The position numbers and the translations under genes were made by a program. Of a stretch of DNA of 64,000 nt, positions 46,285 through 60,257 are shown piece by piece. Numbering within the stretch: the stretch's first letter is position 1; each line of letters opens with the position of its first letter. Source of the stretch: Massalongia carnosa (taxonomy: Eukaryota); NCBI GenBank assembly GCA_965645245.1, contig OZ287072.1:2294001-2358000 (forward strand), in the 5' to 3' direction. Under the pieces are notes generated by a model that worked only from the letters and a program-made list of their open reading frames with translations, was not told where the DNA came from and did not search any database.

Positions 46285-49200
46285 CTTTGGATTGACAATA
46301 GCGACGGTCCACCTAGCCTTATCGGAGGCCGGCCTTAAAATAGGCCGGCCCCCTGAATCCTAATGCGGTAAGGTAGTTAAGGAGGTGTTTGCTATAGCAA
46401 ACAATCTGGTAGGTCCTCGGGAGGACCCCCCTCGAACTTCCTTCCTTCTAGATAGCATTAATATAATCACCTTTCAAAGCCTTCAGTCTGCTACTAAGCC
46501 TCTTGTAGTCAAAGGGTTATGAGCCCGGCTAGACGCTAGGGAAGTGCTATATAATCTCTTCTCTCCCTACATATCTAGTCCTCTTCCTTGTAGGCAGATT
46601 GGCACGCCTCAAAGAACCTCCTCAGCTGTCGGTGCTTAGTTTTCAACAATGGGACTAGAAACCTATCAGATAAAGCCGTTGGTAGGTGAAAAGAACTACA
46701 ATGTATGGAAGGAGGAGGTGAAAGGCCTCCTTAGTTTAGACGAACTGTGGGATATAGTTAAAGGGGAAGAACTCCGACCCCTTAATGCTCCGCCTCGACC
46801 AGTGGACTCCCCTTCTAAGATAGAGGATGGAGTCACCACCCCGGCCATAGTAGTGACACAAAGCATTATTGAGCGGTGGGAGGACAAACTGGAGGCCTTC
46901 GAGGACAAACAGAAGAAATGGGACAAGCGAAGGGTAAAAGCAGCTACCAAGATATACTTGAACTGTGGAACAGGCCCTCGAGTCCATATAGAGGGCCTGG
47001 AAGACCCAAAAGAGATGTGGGATGTACTGGAAAAGCATTACAAAGCAACAAGTCTGGCCACTAGAGACCTAGCCTTCCTTCAACTTCGTGCTAGCCAATC
47101 AGATTTCAAATCCATTCAGGAGTACGCCGAACACCTAAAGAAGGCCCACTCCCAGTTGATACAACTTGGTCACAAGTTACCAGACTGGGTTCTCTCTACC
47201 TCGTTCCAACTTGGTCTTAAACCACACCTGGAACCTTATCTTATATCTTCAGTCTCGTAGAGGCTGCAAGAGCAAACATGAGGGAGTTAAACGTTGACGA
47301 GATGATGATGGCCTTAATAGATCATGATAACCGCCAACATAACTTAGAGGAATCCAACAAGGAAAGGAAAGAAGAAGATAAGATAAGAAGAGCAAAAATG
47401 AGAAAAATGAGAAAAATACTAATTCGTCAAAATGTGAATACTGTGATGGTCCTGGCCACAAAGAAGACCAATTGCTATTATCTGAATGCAACCAACCGGC
47501 CCGATAACTGGAAACCGGCCCCATCTAAGGAAAACTTGGTGAAGAATAAGAAGGAGGATAGGAAGGAGGATAAGGACAAGAAGGAATCTAATCCCTCGTC
47601 CAAATCAGCCTTCGTTCCAAGATCAATGATAACCAAGAGCCTATTTACTAACGTCCATAAGTCTCAAAATAAGGATCGTACCTGGTGGATAGACTCGGCT
47701 TCCGATGTCCATACTTGCTATGACAAAGACCTAATTGATGACTATCAATCAATTAGAGGAAGGTCATAAAAACGGCATACTCCACTGACATGATTATTAA
47801 AGGAATAGGATCTGTTACCCTATATCTAGACGTGAAAGGTGAATCAAAGGCTGTGTGCCTAAAGGATGTCCATCACGTACCCGAGTCAGGATACAATCTG
47901 TTTTCTGTAGGTGTTATTGAGTCGAAAGTGTTGAATTGCACTGCCCTAGTTCTGGAAGTTTCTATGCTTAGTCAGCTGAATGTATATTAGCCGCTCTTCT
48001 CCCTCTATAGAACAATCAACCGTCTCAAGTTTCAACAGAAAGGATTCGAATTTCGAGTAGGAAAAGGAAGAACTGAATGTTTTGCCCCTGACGGAGAACT
48101 CTATCTAACTGGTACTCGTCAGTCTTCTGGATCCACACACTCGATCGACCTGGACCAATCAAAGACCTTACATACCTCTTACAAATCCTCTGACAATGCC
48201 TCGTGGACGGTGTGGTACCGACAATTAGCCCATCTCAACATGAAGGACGTCAAGATTCTAGCTAAACTCTCCACTGGCATTGATGCAATTAAGGCTGATA
48301 AATGTGAATCGGCAGAACCTAAAATCAACGTGTGTCCATCATGTGCAATAGGAAAACAACAACGAAATTCAGTTAGAATTCAACGACTAAAGGCCACCAA
48401 CATCGGTGAAATCGTACATACCGACATTGCGGGCGGGGGGGGCATACCTCAGACAATTGGGGGAGCCAAGTATGTTGCCTCGTTCATTGACGATTTTACC
48501 GACTGGACGGTGATTTACCTTCTGAAGAAAAAATCCGAATTAAAGGAGGTCCTAAAGGACTATTTAGCATGGATGAAGACACAAGGACACCCGGGCAAAC
48601 TTGTGCGCAGTGACAACGGAGGGGAGTATGCTGGCCATCAGACCTTACAAATTTTGATGGACAATGGCATCGAGTGGGATGCGACAGCACCACACAATCC
48701 GAATCAGAATGGTGTAGTCGAGAGGTGCTTTCGCACCCTCTTCGAGCGAACCCGTGCGATTCTTAGTGACAGTGGAATGCCTTCTAATCAATGGAGGGAG
48801 GTTATTTCCTACGTTACTTACCTGAAAAACAGGGGTCCAAGGCATGGTGATAAAACACCCTTCGAACTGATGTATGGCAGACAGCCAGACTTGTCGGGTG
48901 CTCGTATCTTCGGGTGCGTAGCATACTCTTACAATGTTGACCCTCAGAAGAAGAAGCTGGACGACAGAAGCATCAAATGCAGGTTTCTTGGCCTTCAAGG
49001 CAACAATAAGTATCGCCTTTGGGACCTCACCTCCAAGAAACTCATCATTTCGGCACACGTGCTATGGGACGAGACCGCATCCCTTTCGGTTGAAGAATCG
49101 GGGGATGGTGACGACGACGACTATGGCTTCTTAAAATTCTTCTACCGAAATGGTGACGACGAGGTGGACACATCAGGGGTGATAATTTATGCCAATGAAG

Positions 49201-51110
49201 AGGAGGAACTCGTTGATGAGGAACCCCCTAAACGGCCTTTAGAACCGGAATTTGCAGATGAAGGAACCGGGAGAGAGGACGATGATAAATCAGAAAGTTC
49301 AGAAAATTCCGAGGACTCACAAGTAGCCGACCTGACCTCTGGGTCATCAACTGCTCCTTTTACAGGCCAATTTACTAGTAATTCCGAGCAGTCGATCAAA
49401 TCCGCACCAGAACAGGTACCTCAGGAACCTAGATCATCACCTCCACCAACATCATCTTCCCGACCATCGGTTTTCGCCAGATAGAAGGCATTGACTATAA
49501 TCAAACCTATGCCAGCGTGGTAAAATCAATGACGTGGAAGGCCCTGCTGGTTATAGCGGCTAGATATGACCTGGAGGTCGAACAGATCGACGTGGTCACC
49601 GCTTTCCTTGAGGCCCCTCTAAAAGAGGAGGTCTGGATGGAACAACCCCATGGGTTTGTCAAACCAGGGGGATATGCCTGTCGCTTGAAGAAGGCCTTGT
49701 ATGGTCTCAAGCAGGCCCCCCGTGAATGGTATTCCACCCTCACTGACTATATTATCACCATGGGCTATAGGAGAGTGGACGAGGACCATTCGGTCTATAT
49801 TCATCAGCCAAATGGCATCATAATAGCGATTTATGTGGATGATCTACTTCTCATCGGACCCTCTCTTTCGGACATCAGTCTCTTGAAGATTGAATTGTCT
49901 CACCGATTCCAGATCAAGGATCTCGGACCAATTAATTTCTATTTAGGGATGCACGTCACTCGGGACCGGCCAAATAGCAGAATATATGTTCATCAATCGG
50001 CGTACATTAGGCGGGTCATCGATGCAGTCGACATGTCCGATTGCAAATCCGTCAAAACACCCATGGAGACCAATCTTCTTCTGGTCATGAATTACTATAA
50101 AGGCAAGATATACAAGGCCACAAATAGAGAGATCATGGCATATCAAATGCCTATTGGCTCTTTATTGTGGTTAGCATGTATGACTCGGCCGGATATTGCT
50201 TACTCGGTGAATCGCTGCAGTAGATATTCAATCAATCCTACCCCCTATCAAGGCGCAATCTTAAAAAGAATCATTCGATCTTTGGCTGTAACAAGGGACC
50301 TAGGCCTATGTTTTGGATCCTTCTATGAGGGTATTCACACTGATTTAATCGGTTATACTGATGCCTCTTATGGAGACTGTCTGGACACTAGGAGATCCAC
50401 TTCCGCCTATATCTTCCTCTTGAACAGCGGACCAATCAGCTGGTCAACGAAACGCCAGGCCTCGGTGGCCACCTTCACAGCTGAGGCTGAGTATATGGGG
50501 AGTGCCATACTGGCAAGGAGGCTGTCTTCTTGGCGAATGCCTTGAAATCCTTAGGATATGGTGTCAATGGCCCCGTCCCCCTGAAAGCTGACAATAAGGC
50601 GGCTATAAAGCTAGCCGACAACCCCATCAATCATCCTTAGGCCAAACACATCGATATCCAGTATCATAAGCCGAGGGAGCTGATCGCTGAGGGAGCTATT
50701 CAAATTAGCTATGTGCCCACTAAGGATATGATAGCTGATAGACTAACCAAGCCTCTACCGTGGATCTCCTTTCGAAGGTTCATCGATCAGATGAATATGA
50801 CCATTGCCCCTGAGGCATCAAATCAATGAGGTTGATTCAAACTTCTGGAGGTTGGAACCTTCCTATTGTGAGGGAGCTTTGGATTGACAATAGCGACGGT
50901 CTACCTAGCTTTATCGGGGGCCGGCCTTACAATAGGCCGGCCCCCTGAATCCTAATGCGGTAAGGTGGTTAAGGAGGTGTTTGCTATAGCAAACAATCTG
51001 GTCAATAAGGTCCTCGGGAGGACCCCCTCGAACTTCCTTCCTTCTAGATAGCATCAATATAATCACCTTTCAAAGCCTTCAGTCTGCAACTAAGCCTCCT
51101 GTAGTCAAAG
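46285..51110 (+). mobile_element. Defective Ty1/Copia retrotransposon B with CTTTG...CAAAG LTR ends
   Basis: LTRs 46285-46514 and 50877-51110; TSD GGAAC; PBS-like GGTTATGAGCCC; PPT GAGGGAG; gag, protease (WWIDSAS), integrase (VRSDNGGEY, QNGVVER), RT (YVDD), RNase H; frameshifts and a deletion of the RT N-terminus near 49484. Confidence 0.95.
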
Positions 51111-51436
51111 GGAACCAACTCCCGAACCGCTAGCAATTTCAATTTTAAGCATCACCGCTCCACCCCCCTGCAACGTAACTCAAAGACAAATTCTTTTTAC
51201 ATCGCCCTAACCCGGAACTCTCGATGACATTCTTATCACAACGCTTGTCAATCATACGGAGCGAAAGGTATGCCTATAAATCCATGTGACGGTACCGTAT
51301 CAATGTGGCTAATGGCTAGAAGGGTTGATCGATTTCCATCCACCGATACATTCTTTAATTCACCCATGGTTTAGGAGTTAAGGATCGTTAGTTGTCGAAC
51401 CGTGTCGAGATTCCGCTATTTCCGTACGAGCAACTA

Positions 51437-52735
51437 TTATAGTCTATTCCAAAGCTCTATGCCTGCCATAGAATCCTGCTCCCGCGGCCATGTGAATCCT
51501 GATGCGAATGTTATTAATATTGCTGTCATGGAAAAAAGCGGCACAAGTTGACCGATCTCGCCAAAGGTGTTCTCCGGATTCTTATGATTCGAGTTCAGCT
51601 TAATCCATCCGGAATGGTTAACAAAGACCCTGAGCCATATGATATGAAACCAAGCGAATATCGTCGTGGCAAAAATCACGAGAAATGCTAGAACCCGGTA
51701 TAAGAGAATAAAACTTCTTTTCATTGCATGGGGTTTGTCTTCCTTGGGATTGGTCTTATCAAGATAATCTCGGAAGACGTTTCTAAAGAAACCCATCACA
51801 AGAATCAATATATTCGATGCCATAAACATGATATATATCCATGATGTGTTTTGAGATTTGCCAATTTGATCGATGTTTTGTAGATTCTCGTCGACTTCAA
51901 AGACATGGAAGGCTGGATCTAGAAAGCATGATGCTGGAAGAAAAATGGCACTGGTATTCCTACTAAAGCTTGGCAGTAGCTCGGGGAATTTGTCTTGATC
52001 GCGTTGTATAAAAAGTATCACGTTAATGAGACTTAATACGGTGATAATACACGAAAATCTTAAAGCAGCCGCGAGTGGTGTTTTATAATAATTCCGAATT
52101 GTAAGAGTTGATGCAACAAAACTGGAGAGAGCAATAAAACCAATATCCCTAACCAGACTGTAATGATAGGCCGAGAGTTTGCACTTTCCATCCACGTAAA
52201 AGTTTACCCAATATGCGATCGATAGAATACTTTGCAAGTCTGAGGCAGCCAGTAGAGTTTTTTGATACGATTCAGCAAATTTCCTCTGCCAGGAATTTGT
52301 AGGGGAAGAATCGAACATCATCATGATCCATCGGAATTTGCTATGCAGTTGTTAAACCAATTTTCAATGCCTATCTAGTCTGCTGAGTTCAGACCGAAAC
52401 TTCTTTATGGGGTTGAGGTAGCGGTTATGCCTTATCCTATGTGTCTTTATTATTGTCATAGCCCCCATGACAAGAGCTAACCACTGTAGAAGAGTAGGTA
52501 CAGCAAATGCCAATAAAACCTTTGTTCGTCAGCGACATCTACTGATTGATTTTCAGTGAAAAAGGTAGGGAGAAAATCATACGCCTGGCCCAGCAAAATC
52601 TGGTCTTGCGTCGAAGCTGCCCGATTCGAATGGTCCTAGCGTTTGCACACTCCCGTTATTGTAAGTAATGTTGCAGTTGACAGGGCTGTCATGATCACGA
52701 CAGAAGTCCTGAACTTGAAAATAAACTCTTCCCAT
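51437..52735 (-). CDS. Multi-pass integral membrane protein of unknown function (3 predicted exons)
   Basis: RPDFAGPG|VLLAF, SDLQSILSIAY, CKLSAYHY and IGQLVPLF motifs, several TM helices; two GT-AG introns (about 52520-52582 and 52342-52399) give one frame. Confidence 0.75.
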
Positions 52736-53298
52736 TGAGTATGATGTGTGGAGAATCAACAGCAAAAGTTAAAAGCAAAATACAGTGGAAAATTAGAATA
52801 AAGACCTATTTCGAAGCGAAAAAGACCTGTCTCTGCAATTCTGAGCGAGGGAGTATGCTTTATATATAGTTGATGGTTCTTAAATCAACAGAATACTTAT
52901 CTTAGTTGACGCTAGCCTTGCAGTAAAATCTCCGACGATTTAGATCGATGTGTTTCATCTTGACTCCAACCAACAATTGTGCAACCATACTATTAATATA
53001 TAATTGACAAAACTGTACTGTGCATACTTAAACGCTCGTTAAAAGTAGGCAACATGGAAGCCTAATGATAAAAATGTCAAGCCTAACTCATCGTCTTTTT
53101 TTTTATAGCAGTCAGTATGTACGTTAACTATATATGTAATACAAAATCGACCGTAACGGGTTAATTAATCAATCCACGTGCGTCATCACTTAGGCGAGTC
53201 ACGTTGTTCCGTGACCGGTCTGAACTGATGTACAGAGTAAGAATTCTGCTTGAACGAATAATTATATAATAGTCAACGCCACGATCAAATATGCAGCT

Positions 53299-54095
53299 AT
53301 GTTGGTAATTCAGCTTTGTAAAATACTTCCCGAACCACCGAATTACACTCTCTTCTGCGACAATTTCTTTACCAGCACGAAGCTATTCAAAGCTCTTCGA
53401 TCACTAGGAATTGCTGCATGCGGGACAGCCAAAAAAGGGCCTAGATTTCCCGCGGAGTTGCTGGTCATGCGGGATGTTGCGGTCAAAGCCAAACATTGAG
53501 AACTTCAGGCACAATTGTCGATGATGAAGTGCTTTTTATGGGCTGGATGAATAACAACACCGTTCCAATAATGACTACTCGTCATCATCCTCGAGAGCTT
53601 GACAGTTCGTACTATTTACATCCGCTGAAAAGACATGATATTCCAGAAGACTCCGCTCAACAAATCATTCCTTATTACCTATCGATCTATGCTCACACCA
53701 CTTTGATGCTTGATCAATCATTTTCATGGCCGTTGGGCCTACCGATTCCCACCTCAATCAGAGATTACAATCTTCACATGGGCGGTTCAGACGGCAATGC
53801 TCAACAAAGAGCGGTTTATTCATACGAACGTCGAAGTGATCGGTAATGGTGGCCGTTGTTCATCTTTTTATTAGATGCTGCTGCGCTGAATGCATACAAG
53901 CTTTATTTGTTAAATTATTCTAAAACAGAAGAGAAGAGACTCTCCCGTCCAGATTTTATTCGTTATCTTTCTCTTGCTCTGATGAAGAACCCCGTTAGAC
54001 AAACCCGAGGATATGAGTCACAAGTAAGCGTACAAACCACGGTCGAGTCTCTGATCTCCTCTTCAAAGCATCATTACATTCATCTTGATAAGAAG
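53299..54095 (+). pseudogene. Diverged piggyBac transposase relic (continues at about 62725-62787)
   Basis: FCDNFFTSTKLFKALRS and YNLHMGGSDGNAQQRA match 37185-38672; frameshift and stop; the C-terminal LQCQ...RPFKRKEESL resumes after the Gypsy element. Confidence 0.88.
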
Positions 54096-57000
54096 GTTAT
54101 CAGGATAGGAATTTCTTAGGAGTAGGACATCAGAGAGGGGTATATATTAGTCGTTTCGGTTCTTATAGATAGCTAGTTGTCAGTTTATCCATTCTATCCT
54201 CGCATGCCATAGCCCTATAGGGCTCCCTCCCATCGCCTGTCACAATAACCTTACAATTCTGACAACTTTCCCCGAAGGGGGTGACAGTCCATGGGAGGGG
54301 TGAAAACATCACATCGTCGCCTCGAATTTTTTTTTCCCTTCGTCCAACGCCTATCGCAAATTCGTGTACAGGAAATCGAGCGAGGCCCTACAACATTCGA
54401 CATCTTCTCCTCATCAGAGATCCCCTGTTCGTCACTACACCACTGCCGACAACACCTCGCGAGAACGAACCCAAGGATACACCGAGGATCGTCGACTGAG
54501 AGCTCGCCTCAGCGCAACGAAAACATAGACAGCCCCAATCCACAACCCTACCATCCTCACGCTCGTGTCATCCACTACCAATCAACGAGTCAAGCGACCG
54601 AAAATTAATGGCAGGCCGCCAGACAAGAGCAATGGCAACAGCGAGGCTCACCAGATCGGACGAAGAGATCGAGGACTCCACAAGGAATAATCCGATAGAG
54701 CACGGAACCACGAAAAGACGACCCGAGGATAATCCCGAGAAAGATGAGGACGACGAGGACAAGGAAGATCCCAAAAGGGGAAGAGCACGACGGATCAGCC
54801 CATCCGACTCGTCTAGCCTATCAGACACAGATCAACCAGAAGAGCTACGGAAGATGCCGGAGACACATGAAGTGCAAGAGGTACAGGAGACACAGCTGAT
54901 CGATAATCTCAGCGACCAGATCACAAGACTAGCTAAGAGGAACAGGGGTAAGGCAATATCAGACGAGGAGATGGCTGACGCGACTCAACAGAGAGACATG
55001 GAATACTCAAGGCGGCAAAAGCTCGACGATAGGCTCAGGCAGGCTCATAACAGGAAATTATCGACGGAGGAAGAAATTGAGCTAATAGAACAGGAGAAAC
55101 AAAAAGAGAAGAACCGTCAGAAACTACTGACTCTTCAGATCGAGAGAGCTCAATTACGGCAGGAAAATACATTGAAAGAGGAAGAATTACGAAACCTGTT
55201 ATCTCTACCCGCTAATTCGACCTTTTTCGCCAGCCGAGCACATCCGATGACAGCAAAACCCGCCCTTCCAAGTCAGCAAAAGAGAACCAGTACAGATCGA
55301 CTGGACTCAAGCGAGGAGGCTATGCTCAATAGAGCGAGGAAGAAGTCGGGGCTGAAACTTAAACAGCCCAAAGAGTTCACGGGAGAAGAGTCTGATCCAG
55401 CCGTTTTCAAACAAAACCTGAAACGGTTCAAACGAGACATAAGAGCAAATCTGTACAAGGAGGAGATAACGGACGAACGAGAGAAGATTGACTACGCCGA
55501 GGGGTTCCTCGGGGGTAGGGCGGATCGACGATGGGACAAAGCCAAGCTCGGAATGTCACAACCAACACTAGAGGAGCTGTTCAACGTGATCGAACAATGC
55601 CGAGGAGACCCACATCTCATCATGTTAAAGGCACAACAAACGTGGCTCGAGGTAAGACAAGGCCTCTATCAGACAGCTCGGGAACACTGGGACGCCCTCG
55701 AGCGGATTCAAAGCACACTGCCACTCCAAGACGACAACGAGACAGATTTAAAAATCCGCTTCGTTCGAACAATTCGAAAGCCGAGCATAATTCCTTTCAC
55801 AGCACATCAAGTAGCAAACATGGCAGAATCTGAACTCATCGATTATGTGGAAGAAAGAGACCCGACTAAGAACACCTCTCAACAGAACAGACGGGATGAT
55901 AAAGAAGGACAGCCATCATACGATCACACTAGAGGAGGTTTCCGAGGAGAACAATGAAGCGGGCCTTCATCGAGGCCAATGGACTTGAGACCCAAATCCG
56001 TGGAAAACGACAGGACTCTCGCATCGGACAAAGTGCCAAACGAGGAGAAAGATCGCAGACGTCAGGCGGGACTATGTATCAAGTGTGGTAAAGGCCCACA
56101 TCGGATGGAGGAATGCAAAACAGGATGGTTCTATAGAGGAGGAGATCCTCGGATCAACAAACACCAGTCGACGAACATTGATTCCAACCCTAATCTACTA
56201 CCGATTAGAGAAGAACAGGGAAAAGGCCGGGCTCAGTAGACGACCCCTCTCTACTGGGAATCATAACCTCGGGGGGAGAAATACGAGAAATACCGCAGTC
56301 GGCAAACAATTCCGACAGACAGAAACCCCAGCCGAGGAGCGACGAGGAGGATGAGTCACAATCCGGAGTAGAAACCACAAGCGCCTCCCCTATTCAACTC
56401 CACGTATACTTAAAGTCAAAGGACAGTCAATCGATAAAAGCTAATGCATTCACCGACACATGCGCTGAAGTCAATATTATCACTCTTTCACTGCTACAAA
56501 AGCTAGATCTTACGGCAAAAATAAATCGATTTCAGGCTCAAGGAAGAAACTTTGATGGAAGCATCATCAAGTTGGTCGGGTCAATCGAATTAAAAGCTTC
56601 TATCTGCGATACCGAAAACAATAAACTAGAAACAACCGACACTTATATTGTAGCCGGAACCGCACCAAATGATATCATGCTAGGACTACCATTTCTCGAG
56701 AAACACGACCCAGAGTATAACCTCAAAAAACGGAGACTGCGATGGAGGATTCAGGCATGCCAGCACAGAAGAAAAACAAAAAGACAAAGAGGATATGGAC
56801 TACCATCGTATCCAGAACATATCAATTCGATACAGGCAAAAATCTTCCCGACACTAGCAGCCCTAAACACACGGTGTCCTATCCTACTCGGCGCACTTAC
56901 ACAGATAATTACTCCGCCATCAATGCCAAAATTCTCAAACAACAACGAGGACAAAACCGAGGACGCCGAGGACGAGACCGAGGAGACCGAGGACGAACTC

Positions 57001-59770
57001 AATAAGAAATCATCCTCGTCAAAAATTATCGACCCTCTGCCAACAGATCTTCAGGATTTTTGGGAACTCTTCAATCGAAAGGATAAGCCATTACCCGAAC
57101 ACTCACAATGGGATCACGCCATCAACATCGAACCCGGAAAGAAACCACCATTTGTGTCCCTGTACAATCTATCATCAACGGAGCTGCAGTTTCAAAAACA
57201 ATACCTACAAGACCATCTCCGAGAAGGCCTCATACGACACTCACAATCCTCGGCTGGAGCCTCGATGCTCTTTCGACCAAAGAAAGACGGAGGCCTTCGA
57301 CCCTGTATAGACTACAGAGGATTGAACAATATCACCATCAAAGATCGATGCCCATTACCGCTGATAACAGAAAGCCTAGATCAATTAGGAGGCGCAAGAT
57401 GGTTTACAAAGTTAGACATCAAGGATGCATTCAATCGACTTCGAATAAAAATGGGAGATGAATGGAAGACAGCATTCCGGACCCGATTCGGACTCTTCGA
57501 ATATTTAGTTATGCCCTTCGGATTAACGAACGCACCCGCATCCTGGCAAGCGTTTATGAATCGCTCCTTCGCCGCATTTCTAGACATATTCGTTCTCGTT
57601 TATCTAGACGATATATTAATCTACAGCAAGACACGAGCGGAACATATAGAACACGTTCGAAAGATTCTGAAGCGTCTCGGAGAACTCAATTTATACCTCA
57701 AACTATCTAAATGCGAATTCTTCAAGAATGAGTTGTCCTTTCTAGGATTCATCGTGAGCGAAAATGGGATTAGTATGGAGGAAGAACGAGTCAAAGCAAT
57801 ACTAGAATGGGCCATACCAAAATCAGTCAAAGACATTCAGATATTTATAGGATTCACCAACTTTTACAGACGATTCGTAAGAAAATTACGCACGTACAGC
57901 AACGCCACTACTAGAACTGCTCAAAAATGGGACCAGGCAAGAGGAAGAAGAAAGCACATAAGACGAGCGAGGCCAATAAAAATGCCTCGGGAGGACGCTC
58001 GCGAGGAGAGCCGAGGAAAACAAAGCAAGGATTCGGCCTAACAAAAGAAGCCGAGGAAGCCTTCCTGAAACTCAAAGCGATTTTTACCAAAAAGCCGTTG
58101 CTGCGACATTTCGACCCTAAGAAACCTATAAGAGTGGAGACAGACGCTTCAGACGATGCAGGGGGAGCTGTCCTTTCTCAACCACACGGAGAAGGGTCGG
58201 AGAAGCATTGGCAACCAGTAGCATACTGGAGCAAGAAATGGGACACAGCGGAACGGAACTACGGGACCCACGACCAGGAATTGCTAGCAATCGTATTATC
58301 CATGACCCATTGGCGACACTACTTGGAGGGGGCCCTATACAAAATCAGCGTCATAAGCGATCATGCAAATCTACAGTACTTTATGACAACCACACAACTT
58401 TCACGAAGGCAAGTCAAATGGGCAAACAAGCTGACAGCATTTGATTTCAGAATCACATACCAGAAGGGCACAGCAAATCCAGCGGATGGACTCTCCAGAC
58501 GGCCCGACTACAAAGGAAACAATGAGGATACTTCACAAGACACCGCTAGCCTAAATTATCTCAAAGACATTCTCAGCAGCAAACCCCGAGGCGAGCGCTC
58601 GACCTCGCGAGGACCACTTCTAGCAATCATGACCAGGGCAGCGATGAAAGCCAAGAAGCCGACAGGAGACACAACAGTTCGAAAACCAATTCACCCCTTC
58701 GGAAAGGCCAAACGTCTACAACAGGTAGCTCAGGGTCTTCAAAGGGCACATTTGGGTGAAGGGCTTGATCAACCCTCAAAGGTGCTGACACCGAGCCTTG
58801 AGCAAGCCGGTGTTAGCAAGGTCATCAGCGGCGTCAGGCAAGAAGCCTCGGCGATAGCGCAGAGTCTCCCATCAGCGGAACTCGAGCAAGTGGTCCTCGT
58901 GGGACCACGTGTGATTGTGGGCGCGACACAGTCACACCCCAAGTTCGAAAGAACAAGGGACGGGTCAAAAGGTCAGGCAAAATCTGGGTCAAATGGAAAA
59001 TACACCAGAACATCAGGACATCTAGGGAGACAGGAAGAGGACACACAAAGCACAATGACGAAACGCAGACGTTCAAGCACGAACGGGAGCAGACACGAGG
59101 ACAGAGTAAGCGAAGGCGAGGACACCGAGGCGAGGGCCTCGCGGGCAAACACCTCTAAAACAAAGGAAGACACTTCGATAGATGGCGTCATAGGAAACAA
59201 CTCTAAACGACTCAAAATCTCAGAGACTCAAGCCACAGAGCTCAATAAGGGACTCAACAGCATTAACATAGGCACAACGAGACACACCGAAGATTCCTCC
59301 GAGGACCTCGTACAAGAAATTTCCACACAGCAAAACAGGGACGAGGAAGTACAAACTGTACGCAAGCACTGGACATCATCATCAAAGAATCCCAAAACAT
59401 CAGCCCGCTTCAGTCGGTGGAGTGAAGGATCGAATAATATTCTTCTATTCGATAATGCAATCTACGTACCCGACTTTAATGGTCTGAGAACAGAAATTAT
59501 ACGCCGACATCACGATGATATGATAGCAGGACATCTAGGAGCGACACGCACAATGGATTTAATCAAACGAGTCTTCATGTGGCCATCAATCAGAAAAGAT
59601 GTGAAAACATATTGTCAAACCTGTCACTCTTGTCAGCAAAACAAGACACTTCGACATAAACCATGGGGACAATTGAAGCCACTACCAATCGCAAAACGAA
59701 TATGGGGAAGCATAACCATGGACTTCATAACGGACTTGCCCTCAAGTCTTGATACATGGAACACGTCGTT

Positions 59771-60257
59771 TGTCACGAAATCAGGTCGAGGGCAAGGGCA
59801 AAGGCAAGGTGGGTTGATGGTCAAGCTTATTGATTGAGTCTATAGCTATGAATCTAGGCTAGGCTAGGTTGGCTATTCAAGACGTTCGACAAAGAATCAG
59901 AACTTCCATGATTCGACTTCTTTCTTATATCTTTGTCCTCCCATATTCATCTTTCTAGGGTGGCGGCGAATGATGTCTAGTCAGTGCGATGATGAATGAG
60001 GGGCATTATAGCGGCAATAAGCACGATGGGGTCAGCGAGGAGACGGGAGATGTCAAACATCAATGCGAAGCTATTAGACATGATAATAGTCGAAAGACGG
60101 GAATAAATCATCAATGCGAGGCTGATTAATGATCAGTAATCGGCGAATTCGAAGAATGATATGAGGGTCCCGAAGGCATGGCACGACGTCCGTGAGTAGT
60201 CATCAGATCAAGGCACGTGATAGAGGCACGTGGTGAGGTCGGAGGCATTTCATGACA
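59771..60257. mobile_element. Solo LTR inserted in the Gypsy integrase
   Basis: TGTCA...TGACA, TSD TCGTT; removal restores WNTSFDSIMVIVDR. Confidence 0.93.
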
